Source of the DNA: Auanema rhodensis
Lineage: Eukaryota; Animalia; Nematoda
Direction: 5' to 3'
NCBI GenBank assembly: GCA_964057225.1
Contig: OZ059897.1
Span: 5,146,001-5,210,000, forward strand
DNA length: 64,000 bases
A program made the translations under genes and the position numbers. Positions 43,701 to 58,300 of the stretch are shown here, one piece after another. Below the pieces are notes generated by a model, which worked only from the letters and a program-made list of their open reading frames with translations, did no database searches and was not told where the DNA came from. Each line of letters starts with the position of its first letter. The stretch's first letter is position 1.

Positions 43701-46700
43701 CTTTCACGTGAAGCGAGTTACATACCAAGTGCACATCACGTGTACATTTAATTAGCATAAATTAAAGTTCACGTAAATTTCAAAGTCATGGTTACCATGC
43801 ACCAATATCAATAAAAATTTGTTTTTAGACTAATATGGACATGTGAAATCTAATTTTAAAAACCGCATCTCTTTATCTTTCACGTGAAGCAAGTTACATA
43901 CCAAGTGCACATCACGTGTACATTTAATTAGCATAAATTAAAGTTCACGTAAATTTCAAAGTCATGGTTACCATGCACTAATATCAATAAAAATTTGTTT
44001 TTAGACTAATATGGACATGGGGAATCTAATCTTGAAAACCGCATCTCTTTATCTTTCACGTGAAGTGGGTTACATACCAAGTGCACATCACGTGTACATT
44101 TAATTAGCATAAATTAAAGTTCACGTAAATTTCAAAGTCATGGTTACCATGCACTAATATCAATAAAAATTTGTTTTTAGACTAATATGGACATGTGGAA
44201 TCTAATTTTAAAAACCGCATCTCTTTATCTTTCACGTGAAGCAAGTTACATACCAAGTGCACATCACGTGTACATTTAATTAGCATAAATTAAAGTTCAC
44301 GTAAATTTCAAAGTCATGGTTACCATGCACCAATATCAATAAAAATTTGTTTTTAGACTAATATGGACATGGGGAATCTAATTTCAAAAACCGCATCTCT
44401 TTATCTTTCACGTGAAGCAAGTTACATACCAAGTGCACATCACGTGTACATTTAATTAGCATAAATTAAAGTTCACGTAAATTTCAAAGTCATGGTTACC
44501 ATGCACCAATATCAATAAAAATTTGTTTTTAGACTAATATGGATATGGGGAATCTAATTTTGAAAACCGCATCTCTTTATCTTTCATGTGAAGCGAGTTA
44601 CATACCAAGTGCACATCACGTGTGCATTTAATTAGAATAAATTAAAGTTCACGTAAATTTCAAAATCATGGTTACCATGCACCAATATCAATAAAAATTT
44701 GTTTTTAGACTAATATGCACATGGGGAATCTAATTTTAAAAACCGCATCTCTTTATCTTTCACGTGAAGCGAGTTACATACCAAGTGCACATCACGTGTA
44801 CATTTAATTAGCATAAATTAAAGTTCACGTAAATTTCAAAGTCATGGTTACCATGCACCAATATCAATAAAAATTTGTTTTTAGACTAATATGGACATGT
44901 GAAATCTAATTTTAAAAACCGCATCTCTTTATCTTTCACGTGAAGCAAGTTACATACCAAGTGCACATCACGTGTACATTTAATTAGCATAAATTAAAGT
45001 TCACGTAAATTTCAAAGTCATGGTTACCATGCTCCAATATCAATAAAAATTTGTTTTTAGACTAATATGGACATGGGGAATCTAATTTTGAAAACCGCAT
45101 CTCTTTATCTTTCACGTGAAGCAAGTTACATACCAAGTGCACATCACGTGCACATTTAATTAGCATAAATTAAAGTTCACGTAAATTTCAAAGTCATGGT
45201 TACCATGCACCAATATCAATAAAAATTTGTTTTTAGACTAATATGGACATGGGGAATCTAATTTTAAAAACCGCATCTCTTTATCTTTCACGTGAAGCAA
45301 GTTACATACCAAGTGCACATCACGTGTACATTTAATTAGCATAAATTAAAGTTCACTTAAATTTCAAAGTCATGGTTACCATGCACCAATATCAATAAAA
45401 ATTTGTTTTTAGACTAATATGGACATGTGGAATCTAATTTTGAAAACCGCATCTCTTTATCTTTCACGTGAAGTGAGTTACATACCAAGTGCACATCACG
45501 TGTACATTTAATTAGCATAAATTAAAGTTCACGTAAATTTCAAAGTCATGGTTACCATGCACCAATATCAATAAAAATTTGTTTTTAGATTAATATGGAC
45601 ATGGGGAATCTAATTTTGAAAACCGCATCTCTTTATCTTTCACGTGAAGCAAGTTACATACCAAGTGCACAGCACGTGTACATTTAATTAGCATAAATTA
45701 AAGTTCACGTAAATTTCAAAGTCATGGTTACCATGCACCAATATCAATAAAAATTTGTTTTTAGACTAATATGGACATGGGGAATCTAATTTTGAAAACC
45801 GCATCTCTTTATCTTTCACGTGAAGCGAGTTACATACCAAGTGCACATCACGTGTACATTTAATTAGCATAAATTAAAGTTCACGTAAATTTCAAAGTCA
45901 TGGTTACCATGCACCAATATCAATAAAAATTTGTTTTTAGACTAATATGGACATGTGAAATCTAATTTTAAAAACCGCATCTCTTTATCTTTCACGTGAA
46001 GCAAGTTACATACCAAGTGCACATCACGTGTACATTTAATTAGCATAAATTAAAGTTCACGTAAATTTCAAAGTCATGGTTACCATGCACTAATATCAAT
46101 AAAAATTTGTTTTTAGACTAATATGGACATGGGGAATCTAATCTTGAAAACCGCATCTCTTTATCTTTCACGTGAAGTGGGTTACATACCAAGTGCACAT
46201 CACGTGTACATTTAATTAGCATAAATTAAAGTTCACGTAAATTTCAAAGTCATGGTTACCATGCACTAATATCAATAAAAATTTGTTTTTAGACTAATAT
46301 GGACATGTGGAATCTAATTTTAAAAACCGCATCTCTTTATCTTTCACGTGAAGCAAGTTACATACCAAGTGCACATCACGTGTACATTTAATTAGCATAA
46401 ATTAAAGTTCACGTAAATTTCAAAGTCATGGTTACCATGCACCAATATCAATAAAAATTTGTTTTTAGACTAATATGGACATGGGGAATCTAATTTCAAA
46501 AACCGCATCTCTTTATCTTTCACGTGAAGCAAGTTACATACCAAGTGCACATCACGTGTACATTTAATTAGCATAAATTAAAGTTCACGTAAATTTCAAA
46601 GTCATGGTTACCATGCACCAATATCAATAAAAATTTGTTTTTAGACTAATATGGACATGTGGAATCTAATTTTGAAAACCGCATCTCTTTATCTTTCACG

Positions 46701-49700
46701 TGAAGTGAGTTACATACCAAGTGCACATCACGTGTACATTTAATTAGCATAAATTAAAGTTCACGTAAATTTCAAAGTCATGGTTACCATGCACCAATAT
46801 CAATAAAAATTTGTTTTTAGACTAATATGGACATGGGGAATCTAATTTTGAAAACCGCATCTCTTTATCTTTCACGTGAAGCAAGTTACATACCAAGTGC
46901 ACAGCACGTGTACATTTAATTAGCATAAATTAAAGTTCACGTAAATTTCAAAGTCATGGTTACCATGCACCAATATCAATAAAAATTTGTTTTTAGACTA
47001 ATATGGACATGGGGAATCTAATTTTGAAAACCGCATCTCTTTATCTTTCACGTGAAGCAAGTTACATACCAAGTGCACATCACGTGCACATTTAATTAGC
47101 ATAAATTAAAGTTCACGTAAATTTCAAAGTCATGGTTACCATGCACCAATATCAATAATGTTTTTAGACTAATATGGACATGGGGAATCTAATTTTAAAA
47201 ACCGCATCTCTTTATCTTTCACGTGAAGCAAGTTACATACCAAGTGCACAGCACGTGTACATTTAATTAGCATAAATTAAAGTTCACGTAAATTTCAAAG
47301 TCATGGTTACCATGCACCAATATCAATAAAAATTTGTTTTTAGACTAATATGGACATGGGGAATCTAATTTTGAAAACCGCATCTCTTTATCTTTCACGT
47401 GAAGCAAGTTACATACCAAGTGCACATCACGTGCACATTTAATTAGCATAAATTAAAGTTCACGTAAATTTCAAAGTCATGGTTACCATGCACCAATATC
47501 AATAAAAATTTGTTTTTAGACTAATATGGACATGGGGAATCTAATTTTAAAAACCGCATCTCTTTATCTTTCACGTGAAGCAAGTTACATACCAAGTGCA
47601 CATCACGTGTACATTTAATTAGCATAAATTAAAGTTCACTTAAATTTCAAAGTCATGGTTACCATGCACCAATATCAATAAAAATTTGTTTTTAGACTAA
47701 TATGGACATGTGGAATCTAATTTTGAAAACCGCATCTCTTTATCTTTCACGTGAAGTGAGTTACATACCAAGTGCACATCACGTGTACATTTAATTAGCA
47801 TAAATTAAAGTTCACGTAAATTTCAAAGTCATGGTTACCATGCACCAATATCAATAAAAATTTGTTTTTAGATTAATATGGACATGGGGAATCTAATTTT
47901 GAAAACCGCATCTCTTTATCTTTCACGTGAAGCAAGTTACATACCAAGTGCACAGCACGTGTACATTTAATTAGCATAAATTAAAGTTCACGTAAATTTC
48001 AAAGTCATGGTTACCATGCACCAATATCAATAAAAATTTGTTTTTAGACTAATATGGACATGGGGAATCTAATTTTGAAAACCGCATCTCTTTATCTTTC
48101 ACGTGAAGCGAGTTACATACCAAGTGCACATCACGTGTACATTTAATTAGCATAAATTAAAGTTCACGTAAATTTCAAAGTCATGGTTACCATGCACCAA
48201 TATCAATAAAAATTTGTTTTTAGACTAATATGGACATGTGAAATCTAATTTTAAAAACCGCATCTCTTTATCTTTCACGTGAAGCAAGTTACATACCAAG
48301 TGCACATCACGTGTACATTTAATTAGCATAAATTAAAGTTCACGTAAATTTCAAAGTCATGGTTACCATGCACTAATATCAATAAAAATTTGTTTTTAGA
48401 CTAATATGGACATGGGGAATCTAATCTTGAAAACCGCATCTCTTTATCTTTCACGTGAAGTGGGTTACATACCAAGTGCACATCACGTGTACATTTAATT
48501 AGCATAAATTAAAGTTCACGTAAATTTCAAAGTCATGGTTACCATGCACTAATATCAATAAAAATTTGTTTTTAGACTAATATGGACATGTGGAATCTAA
48601 TTTTAAAAACCGCATCTCTTTATCTTTCACGTGAAGCAAGTTACATACCAAGTGCACATCACGTGTACATTTAATTAGCATAAATTAAAGTTCACGTAAA
48701 TTTCAAAGTCATGGTTACCATGCACCAATATCAATAAAAATTTGTTTTTAGACTAATATGGACATGGGGAATCTAATTTCAAAAACCGCATCTCTTTATC
48801 TTTCACGTGAAGCAAGTTACATACCAAGTGCACATCACGTGTACATTTAATTAGCATAAATTAAAGTTCACGTAAATTTCAAAGTCATGGTTACCATGCA
48901 CCAATATCAATAAAAATTTGTTTTTAGACTAATATGGACATGTGGAATCTAATTTTGAAAACCGCATCTCTTTATCTTTCACGTGAAGTGAGTTACATAC
49001 CAAGTGCACATCACGTGTACATTTAATTAGCATAAATTAAAGTTCACGTAAATTTCAAAGTCATGGTTACCATGCACCAATATCAATAAAAATTTGTTTT
49101 TAGACTAATATGGACATGGGGAATCTAATTTTGAAAACCGCATCTCTTTATCTTTCACGTGAAGCAAGTTACATACCAAGTGCACAGCACGTGTACATTT
49201 AATTAGCATAAATTAAAGTTCACGTAAATTTCAAAGTCATGGTTACCATGCACCAATATCAATAAAAATTTGTTTTTAGACTAATATGGACATGGGGAAT
49301 CTAATTTTGAAAACCGCATCTCTTTATCTTTCACGTGAAGCAAGTTACATACCAAGTGCACATCACGTGCACATTTAATTAGCATAAATTAAAGTTCACG
49401 TAAATTTCAAAGTCATGGTTACCATGCACCAATATCAATAAAAATTTGTTTTTAGACTAATATGGACATGGGGAATCTAATTTTAAAAACCGCATCTCTT
49501 TATCTTTCACGTGAAGCAAGTTACATACCAAGTGCACAGCACGTGTACATTTAATTAGCATAAATTAAAGTTCACGTAAATTTCAAAGTCATGGTTACCA
49601 TGCACCAATATCAATAAAAATTTGTTTTTAGACTAATATGGACATGGGGAATCTAATTTTGAAAACCGCATCTCTTTATCTTTCACGTGAAGCAAGTTAC

Positions 49701-51500
49701 ATACCAAGTGCACATCACGTGCACATTTAATTAGCATAAATTAAAGTTCACGTAAATTTCAAAGTCATGGTTACCATGCACCAATATCAATAAAAATTTG
49801 TTTTTAGACTAATATGGACATGGGGAATCTAATTTTAAAAACCGCATCTCTTTATCTTTCACGTGAAGCAAGTTACATACCAAGTGCACATCACGTGTAC
49901 ATTTAATTAGCATAAATTAAAGTTCACTTAAATTTCAAAGTCATGGTTACCATGCACCAATATCAATAAAAATTTGTTTTTAGACTAATATGGACATGTG
50001 GAATCTAATTTTGAAAACCGCATCTCTTTATCTTTCACGTGAAGTGAGTTACATACCAAGTGCACATCACGTGTACATTTAATTAGCATAAATTAAAGTT
50101 CACGTAAATTTCAAAGTCATGGTTACCATGCACCAATATCAATAAAAATTTGTTTTTAGATTAATATGGACATGGGGAATCTAATTTTGAAAACCGCATC
50201 TCTTTATCTTTCACGTGAAGCAAGTTACATACCAAGTGCACAGCACGTGTACATTTAATTAGCATAAATTAAAGTTCACGTAAATTTCAAAGTCATGGTT
50301 ACCATGCACCAATATCAATAAAAATTTGTTTTTAGACTAATATGGACATGGGGAATCTAATTTTGAAAACCGCATCTCTTTATCTTTCACGTGAAGCGAG
50401 TTACATACCAAGTGCACATCACGTGTACATTTAATTAGCATAAATTAAAGTTCACGTAAATTTCAAAGTCATGGTTACCATGCACCAATATCAGTAAAAA
50501 TTTGTTTTTAGACTAATATGGACATGTGAAATCTAATTTTAAAAACCGCATCTCTTTATCTTTCACGTGAAGCAAGTTACATACCAAGTGCACATCACGT
50601 GTACATTTAATTAGCATAAATTAAAGTTCACGTAAATTTCAAAGTCATGGTTACCATGCACTAATATCAATAAAAATTTGTTTTTAGACTAATATGGACA
50701 TGGGGAATCTAATCTTGAAAACCGCATCTCTTTATCTTTCACGTGAAGTGGGTTACATACCAAGTGCACATCACGTGTACATTTAATTAGCATAAATTAA
50801 AGTTCACGTAAATTTCAAAGTCATGGTTACCATGCACTAATATCAATAAAAATTTGTTTTTAGACTAATATGGACATGTGGAATCTAATTTTAAAAACCG
50901 CATCTCTTTATCTTTCACGTGAAGCAAGTTACATACCAAGTGCACATCACGTGTACATTTAATTAGCATAAATTAAAGTTCACGTAAATTTCAAAGTCAT
51001 GGTTACCATGCACCAATATCAATAAAAATTTGTTTTTAGACTAATATGGACATGGGGAATCTAATTTCAAAAACCGCATCTCTTTATCTTTCACGTGAAG
51101 CAAGTTACATACCAAGTGCACATCACGTGTACATTTAATTAGCATAAATTAAAGTTCACGTAAATTTCAAAGTCATGGTTACCATGCACCAATATCAATA
51201 AAAATTTGTTTTTAGACTAATATGGACATGTGGAATCTAATTTTGAAAACCGCATCTCTTTATCTTTCACGTGAAGTGAGTTACATACCAAGTGCACATC
51301 ACGTGTACATTTAATTAGCATAAATTAAAGTTCACGTAAATTTCAAAGTCATGGTTACCATGCACCAATATCAATAAAAATTTGTTTTTAGACTAATATG
51401 GACATGGGGAATCTAATTTTGAAAACCGCATCTCTTTATCTTTCACGTGAAGCAAGTTACATACCAAGTGCACAGCACGTGTACATTTAATTAGCATAAA
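31757..51500 (+). repeat. Forward satellite, variant domain B (long), with 10-, 12-, 13- and 26-mer HORs
   Basis: GAAGTGGG marker at 35446, 37734, 40020, 42308, 44068, 46180, 48463 and 50751 (spacings 2288, 2286, 2288, 1760, 2112, 2283, 2288). The right boundary is approximate. Confidence 0.88.
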
Positions 51501-52399
51501 TTAAAGTTCACGTAAATTTCAAAGTCATGGTTACCATGCACCAATATCAATAAAAATTTGTTTTTGGACTAATATGGACATGGGGAATCTAATTTTGAAA
51601 ACCGCATCTCTTTATCTTTCACGTGAAGCAAGTTACATACCAAGTGCACAGCACGTGTACATTTAATTAGCATAAATTAAAGTTCACGTAAATTTCAAAG
51701 TCATGGTTACCATGCACCAATATCAATAAAAATTTGTTTTTAGACTAATATGGACATGGGGAATCTAATTTTGAAAACCGCATCTCTTTATCTTTCACGT
51801 GAAGCGAGTTACATACCAAGTGCACATCACGTGTACATTTAATTAGCATAAATTAAAGTTCACGTAAATTTCAAAGTCTTGGTTACCATGCACCAATATC
51901 AATAAAAATTTGTTTTTAGACTAATATGGACATGGGGAATCTAATTTTGAAAACCGCATCTCTTTATATTTCACGTGAAGCAAGTTACATACCAAGTGCA
52001 CATCACGTGTACATTTAATTAGCATAAATTAAAGTTCACGTAAATTTCAAAGTCATGATTACCATGAACCAATATCAATAACAATTTGTTTTTAGACTAA
52101 TATGGACATGGGGAATCTAATTTTGAAAATCGCATCTCTTTATCTTTCACGTGAAGCGAGTTACATACCAAGTGCACATCACGTGTACATTTAATTAGCA
52201 TTAATTAAAGTTCACGTAAATTTCAAAATCATGGTTACCATGCACCAATATCAATAAAAATTTGTTTTTAGACTAATATGGACATGGGGAATCTAATTTT
52301 GAAAACCGCATCTCTTTATCTTTCACGTGAAGCGAGTTACATACCAAGTGCACATCACGTGTACATTTAATTAGCATAAATTAAAGTTCACGTAAATTT

Positions 52400-55300
52400 C
52401 AAAGTCATGGTTACCATGCACCAATATCAATAAAAATTTGTTTTTAGACTAATATGAACATGGGGAATCTAATTGTGAAAACCGCATCTCTTTATCTTTC
52501 ACGTGAAGCGAGTTACATACCAAGTGCACATCACGTGTACATTTAATTAGCATAAATTAAAGTTCACGTAAATTTCAAAGTCATGGTTACCATGCACCAA
52601 TATCAATAAAAAATTGTTTTTAGACTAATATGGACATGGGGAATCTAATTTTGAAAACCGCATCTCTTTATCTTTCACGTGAAGCGAGTTACATACCAAG
52701 TGCACATCACGTGTACATTTAATTAGCATAAATTAAAGTTCACGTAAATTTCAAATTTATGGTTACCATGCACCAATATCAATAAAAATTTGTTTTTAGA
52801 CTAATATGGGCATGGGGAATCTAATTTTAAAAATCGCATCTCTTTATCTTTCACGTGAACTGAGTTACATACCAAGTGCACATCACGTGTACATTTAATT
52901 AGCATAAATTAAAGTTCACGTAAATTTCAAAGTCATGGTTACCATGCACTAATATCAATAAAAATTTGTTTTTAGACTAATATGGACATGGGGAATCTAA
53001 TTTTGAAAACCGCATCTCTATATCTTTCACGTGAAGCGAGTTACATACCAAGTGCACATCACGTGTACATTTAATTAGCATAAATTAAAGTTCACGTAAA
53101 TTTCAAAGTCATGGTTACCATGCACTAATATCAATAAAAATTTGTTTTTAGACTAATATGGACATGGGGAATCTAATTTTGAAAACCGCATCTCTATATC
53201 TTTCACGTGAAGCGAGTTACATACCAAGTGCACATCACGTGCACATTTAATTAGCATAAATTAAAGTTCACGTAAATTTCAAAGTCATGGTTACCATGCA
53301 CCAATATCAATAAAAATTTGTTTTTAGACTAATATGGACATGTGGAATCTAATTTTGAAAACCGCATCTCTTTATCTTTCACGTGAAGCAAGTTACATAC
53401 CAAGTGCACAGCACGTGTACATTTAATTAGCATAAATTAAAGTTCACGTAAATTTCAAAGTCATGGTTACCATGCACCAATATCAATAAAAACTTGTTTT
53501 TAGACTAATATGAACATGGGGAATCTAATTGTGAAAACCGCATCTCTTTATCTTTCACGTGAAGCGAGTTACATACCAAGTGCACATCACGTGTACATTT
53601 AATTAGCATAAATTAAAGTTCACGTAAATTTCAAAGTCATGGTTACCATGCACCAATATCAATAAAAAATTGTTTTTAGACTAATATGGACATGGGGAAT
53701 CTAATTTTGAAAACCGCATCTCTTTATCTTTCACGTGAAGCGAGTTACATACCAAGTGCACATCACGTGTACATTTAATTAGCATAAATTAAAGTTCACG
53801 TAAATTTCAAATTTATGGTTACCATGCACCAATATCAATAAAAATTTGTTTTTAGACTAATATGGGCATGGGGAATCTAATTTTAAAAATCGCATCTCTT
53901 TATCTTTCACGTGAACTGAGTTACATACCAAGTGCACATCACGTGTACATTTAATTAGCATAAATTAAAGTTCACGTAAATTTCAAAGTCATGGTTACCA
54001 TGCACTAATATCAATAAAAATTTGTTTTTAGACTAATATGGACATGGGGAATCTAATTTTGAAAACCGCATCTCTTTATCTTTCACGTGAAGCGAGTTAC
54101 ATACCAAGTGCACATCACGTGTACATTTAATTAGCATAAATTAAAGTTCACGTAAATTTCAAAGTCATGGTTACCATGCACCAATATCAATAAAAATTTG
54201 TTTTTAGACTAATATGGACATGTGGAATCTAATTTTGAAAACCGCATCTCTTTATCTTTCACGTGAAGCAAGTTACATACCAAGTGCACAGCACGTGTAC
54301 ATTTAATTAGCATAAATTAAAGTTCACGTAAATTTCAAAGTCATGGTTACCATGCACCAATATCAATAAAAACTTGTTTTTAGACTAATATGAACATGGG
54401 GAATCTAATTGTGAAAACCGCATCTCTTTATCTTTCACGTGAAGCGAGTTACATACCAAGTGCACATCACGTGTACATTTAATTAGCATAAATTAAAGTT
54501 CACGTAAATTTCAAAGTCATGGTTACCATGCACCAATATCAATAAAAAATTGTTTTTAGACTAATATGGACATGGGGAATCTAATTTTGAAAACCGCATC
54601 TCTTTATCTTTCACGTGAAGCGAGTTACATACCAAGTGCACATCACGTGTACATTTAATTAGCATAAATTAAAGTTCACGTAAATTTCAAATTTATGGTT
54701 ACCATGCACCAATATCAATAAAAATTTGTTTTTAGACTAATATGGGCATGGGGAATCTAATTTTAAAAATCGCATCTCTTTATCTTTCACGTGAACTGAG
54801 TTACATACCAAGTGCACATCACGTGTACATTTAATTAGCATAAATTAAAGTTCACGTAAATTTCAAAGTCATGGTTACCATGCACTAATATCAATAAAAA
54901 TTTGTTTTTAGACTAATATGGACATGGGGAATCTAATTTTGAAAACCGCATCTCTATATCTTTCACGTGAAGCGAGTTACATACCAAGTGCACATCACGT
55001 GTACATTTAATTAGCATAAATTAAAGTTCACGTAAATTTCAAAGTCATGGTTACCATGCACTAATATCAATAAAAATTTGTTTTTAGACTAATATGGACA
55101 TGGGGAATCTAATTTTGAAAACCGCATCTCTTTATCTTTCACGTGAAGCGAGTTACATACCAAGTGCACATCACGTGTACATTTAATTAGCATAAATTAA
55201 AGTTCACGTAAATTTCAAAGTCATGGTTACCATGCACCAATATCAATAAAAAATTGTTTTTAGACTAATATGGACATGGGGAATCTAATTTTGAAAACCG

Positions 55301-58300
55301 CATCTCTTTATCTTTCACGTGAAGCGAGTTACATACCAAGTGCACATCACGTGTACATTTAATTAGCATAAATTAAAGTTCACGTAAATTTCAAATTTAT
55401 GGTTACCATGCACCAATATCAATAAAAATTTGTTTTTAGACTAATATGGGCATGGGGAATCTAATTTTAAAAATCGCATCTCTTTATCTTTCACGTGAAC
55501 TGAGTTACATACCAAGTGCACATCACGTGTACATTTAATTAGCATAAATTAAAGTTCACGTAAATTTCAAAGTCATGGTTACCATGCACTAATATCAATA
55601 AAAATTTGTTTTTAGACTAATATGGACATGGGGAATCTAATTTTGAAAACCGCATCTCTATATCTTTCACGTGAAGCGAGTTACATACCAAGTGCACATC
55701 ACGTGTACATTTAATTAGCATAAATTAAAGTTCACGTAAATTTCAAAGTCATGGTTACCATGCACTAATATCAATAAAAATTTGTTTTTAGACTAATATG
55801 GACATGGGGAATCTAATTTTGAAAACCGCATCTCTATATCTTTCACGTGAAGCGAGTTACATACCAAGTGCACATCACGTGTACATTTAATTAGCATAAA
55901 TTAAAGTTCACGTAAATTTCAAAGTCATGGTTACCATGCACTAATATCAATACAAATTTGTTTTTAGACTAATATGGACATGTGGAATCTAATTTTGAAA
56001 ACCGCATCTCTTTATCTTTCACGTGAAGCGAGTTACATACCAAGTGCACATCACGTGCACATTTAATTAGCATAAATTAAAGTTCACGTAAATTTCAAAG
56101 TCATGGTTACCATGCACCAATATCAATAAAAATTTGTTTTTAGACTAATATGGACATGTGGAATCTAATTTTGAAAACCGCATCTCTTTATCTTTCACGT
56201 GAAGCAAGTTACATACCAAGTGCACAGCACGTGTACATTTAATTAGCATAAATTAAAGTTCACGTAAATTTCAAAGTCATGGTTACCATGCACCAATATC
56301 AATAAAAATTTGTTTTTAGACTAATATGAACATGGGGAATCTAATTGTGAAAACCGCATCTCTTTATCTTTCACGTGAAGCGAGTTACATACCAAGTGCA
56401 CATCACGTGTACATTTAATTAGCATAAATTAAAGTTCACGTAAATTTCAAAGTCATGGTTACCATGCACCAATATCAATAAAAAATTGTTTTTAGACTAA
56501 TATGGACATGGGGAATCTAATTTTGAAAACCGCATCTCTTTATCTTTCACGTGAAGCGAGTTACATACCAAGTGCACATCACGTGTACATTTAATTAGCA
56601 TAAATTAAAGTTCACGTAAATTTCAAATTTATGGTTACCATGCACCAATATCAATAAAAATTTGTTTTTAGACTAATATGGGCATGGGGAATCTAATTTT
56701 AAAAATCGCATCTCTTTATCTTTCACGTGAACTGAGTTACATACCAAGTGCACATCACGTGTACATTTAATTAGCATAAATTAAAGTTCACGTAAATTTC
56801 AAATTTATGGTTACCATGCACCAATATCAATAAAAATTTGTTTTTAGACTATCATGGACATGGGGAATCTAATTTTGAAAATCGCATCTCTTTATCTTTC
56901 ACGTGAAGTGAGTTACATACCAAGTGCACATCACGTGTACATTTAATTAGCATAAATTAAAGTTCACGTAAATTTCAAAGTCATGGTTACCATGAACCAA
57001 TATCAATAAAAATTTGTTTTTAGACTAATATGGACATGTGGAATCTAATTTTGAAAACCGCATCTCTTTATCTTTCACGTGAAGCGAGTTACATACCAAG
57101 TGCACATCACGTGCACATTTAATTAGCATAAATTAAAGTTCACGTAAATTTCAAAGTCATGGTTACCATGCACCAATATCAATAAAAATTTGTTTTTAGA
57201 CTAATATGGACATGTGGAATATAATTTTGAAAACCGCATCTCTTTATCTTTCACGTGAAGCAAGTTACATACCAAGTGCACAGCACGTGTACATTTAATT
57301 AGCATAAATTAAAGTTCACGTAAATTTCAAAGTCATGGTTACCATGCACCAATATCAATAAAAATTTGTTTTTAGACTAATATGGACATGGGGAATCTAA
57401 TTTTAAAAATCGCATCTCTTTATCTTTCACGTGAACTGAGTTACATACCAAGTGCACATCACGTGTACATTTAATTAGCATAAATTAAAGTTCACGTAAA
57501 TTTCAAATTTATGGTTACCATGCACCAATATCAATAAAAATTTGTTTTTAGACTAATATGGACATGGGGAATCTAATTTTGAAAATCGCATCTCTTTATC
57601 TTTCACGTGAAGTGAGTTACATACCAAGTGCACATCACGTGTACATTTAATTAGCATAAATTAAAGTTCACGTAAATTTCAAAGTCATGGTTACCATGCA
57701 CCAATATCAATAAAAATTTGTTTTTAGACAAATATGGACATGGGGAATCTAATTTTGAAAATCGCATCTCTTTATCTTTCACGTGAAGTGAGTTACATAC
57801 CAAGTGCACATCACGTGTACATTTAATTAGCATAAATTAAAGTTCACGTAAATTTCAAAGTCATGGTTACCATGCACCAATATCAATAAAAATTTGTTTT
57901 TAGACTAATATGGACATGTGGAATCTAATTTTGAAAACCGCATCTCTTTATCTTTCACGTGAAGCAAGTTACATACCAAGTGCACAGCACGTGTACATTT
58001 AATTAGCATAAATTAAAGTTCACGTAAATTTCAAAGTCATGGTTACCATGCACCAATATCAATAAAAATTTGTTTTTAGACTAATATGAACATGGGGAAT
58101 CTAATTGTGAAAACCGCATCTCTTTATCTTTCACGTGAAGCGAGTTACATACCAAGTGCACATCACGTGTACATTTAATTAGCATAAATTAAAGTTCACG
58201 TAAATTTCAAAGTCATGGTTACCATGCACCAATATCAATAAAAAATTGTTTTTAGACTAATATGGACATGGGGAATCTAATTTTGAAAATCGCATCTCTT
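52400..58300 (+). repeat. Forward satellite, variant domain C, with short variable HORs (4-7-mer)
   Basis: A marker monomer with ATGGGCATG, AAAATCGC and GTGAACTGAG occurs at 52810, 53866, 54746, 55450 and 56682 (spacings 6, 5, 4, 7 monomers). Boundaries are approximate. Confidence 0.85.

Noticed and set aside
57651-57833. 60-aa minus-strand ORF from the supplied track
   Set aside because: It is one satellite monomer in which a private T>A at 57730 (AGACAAAT) turns the usual minus-strand TAG into TTG. The other monomers keep the stop, and there is no coding evidence.
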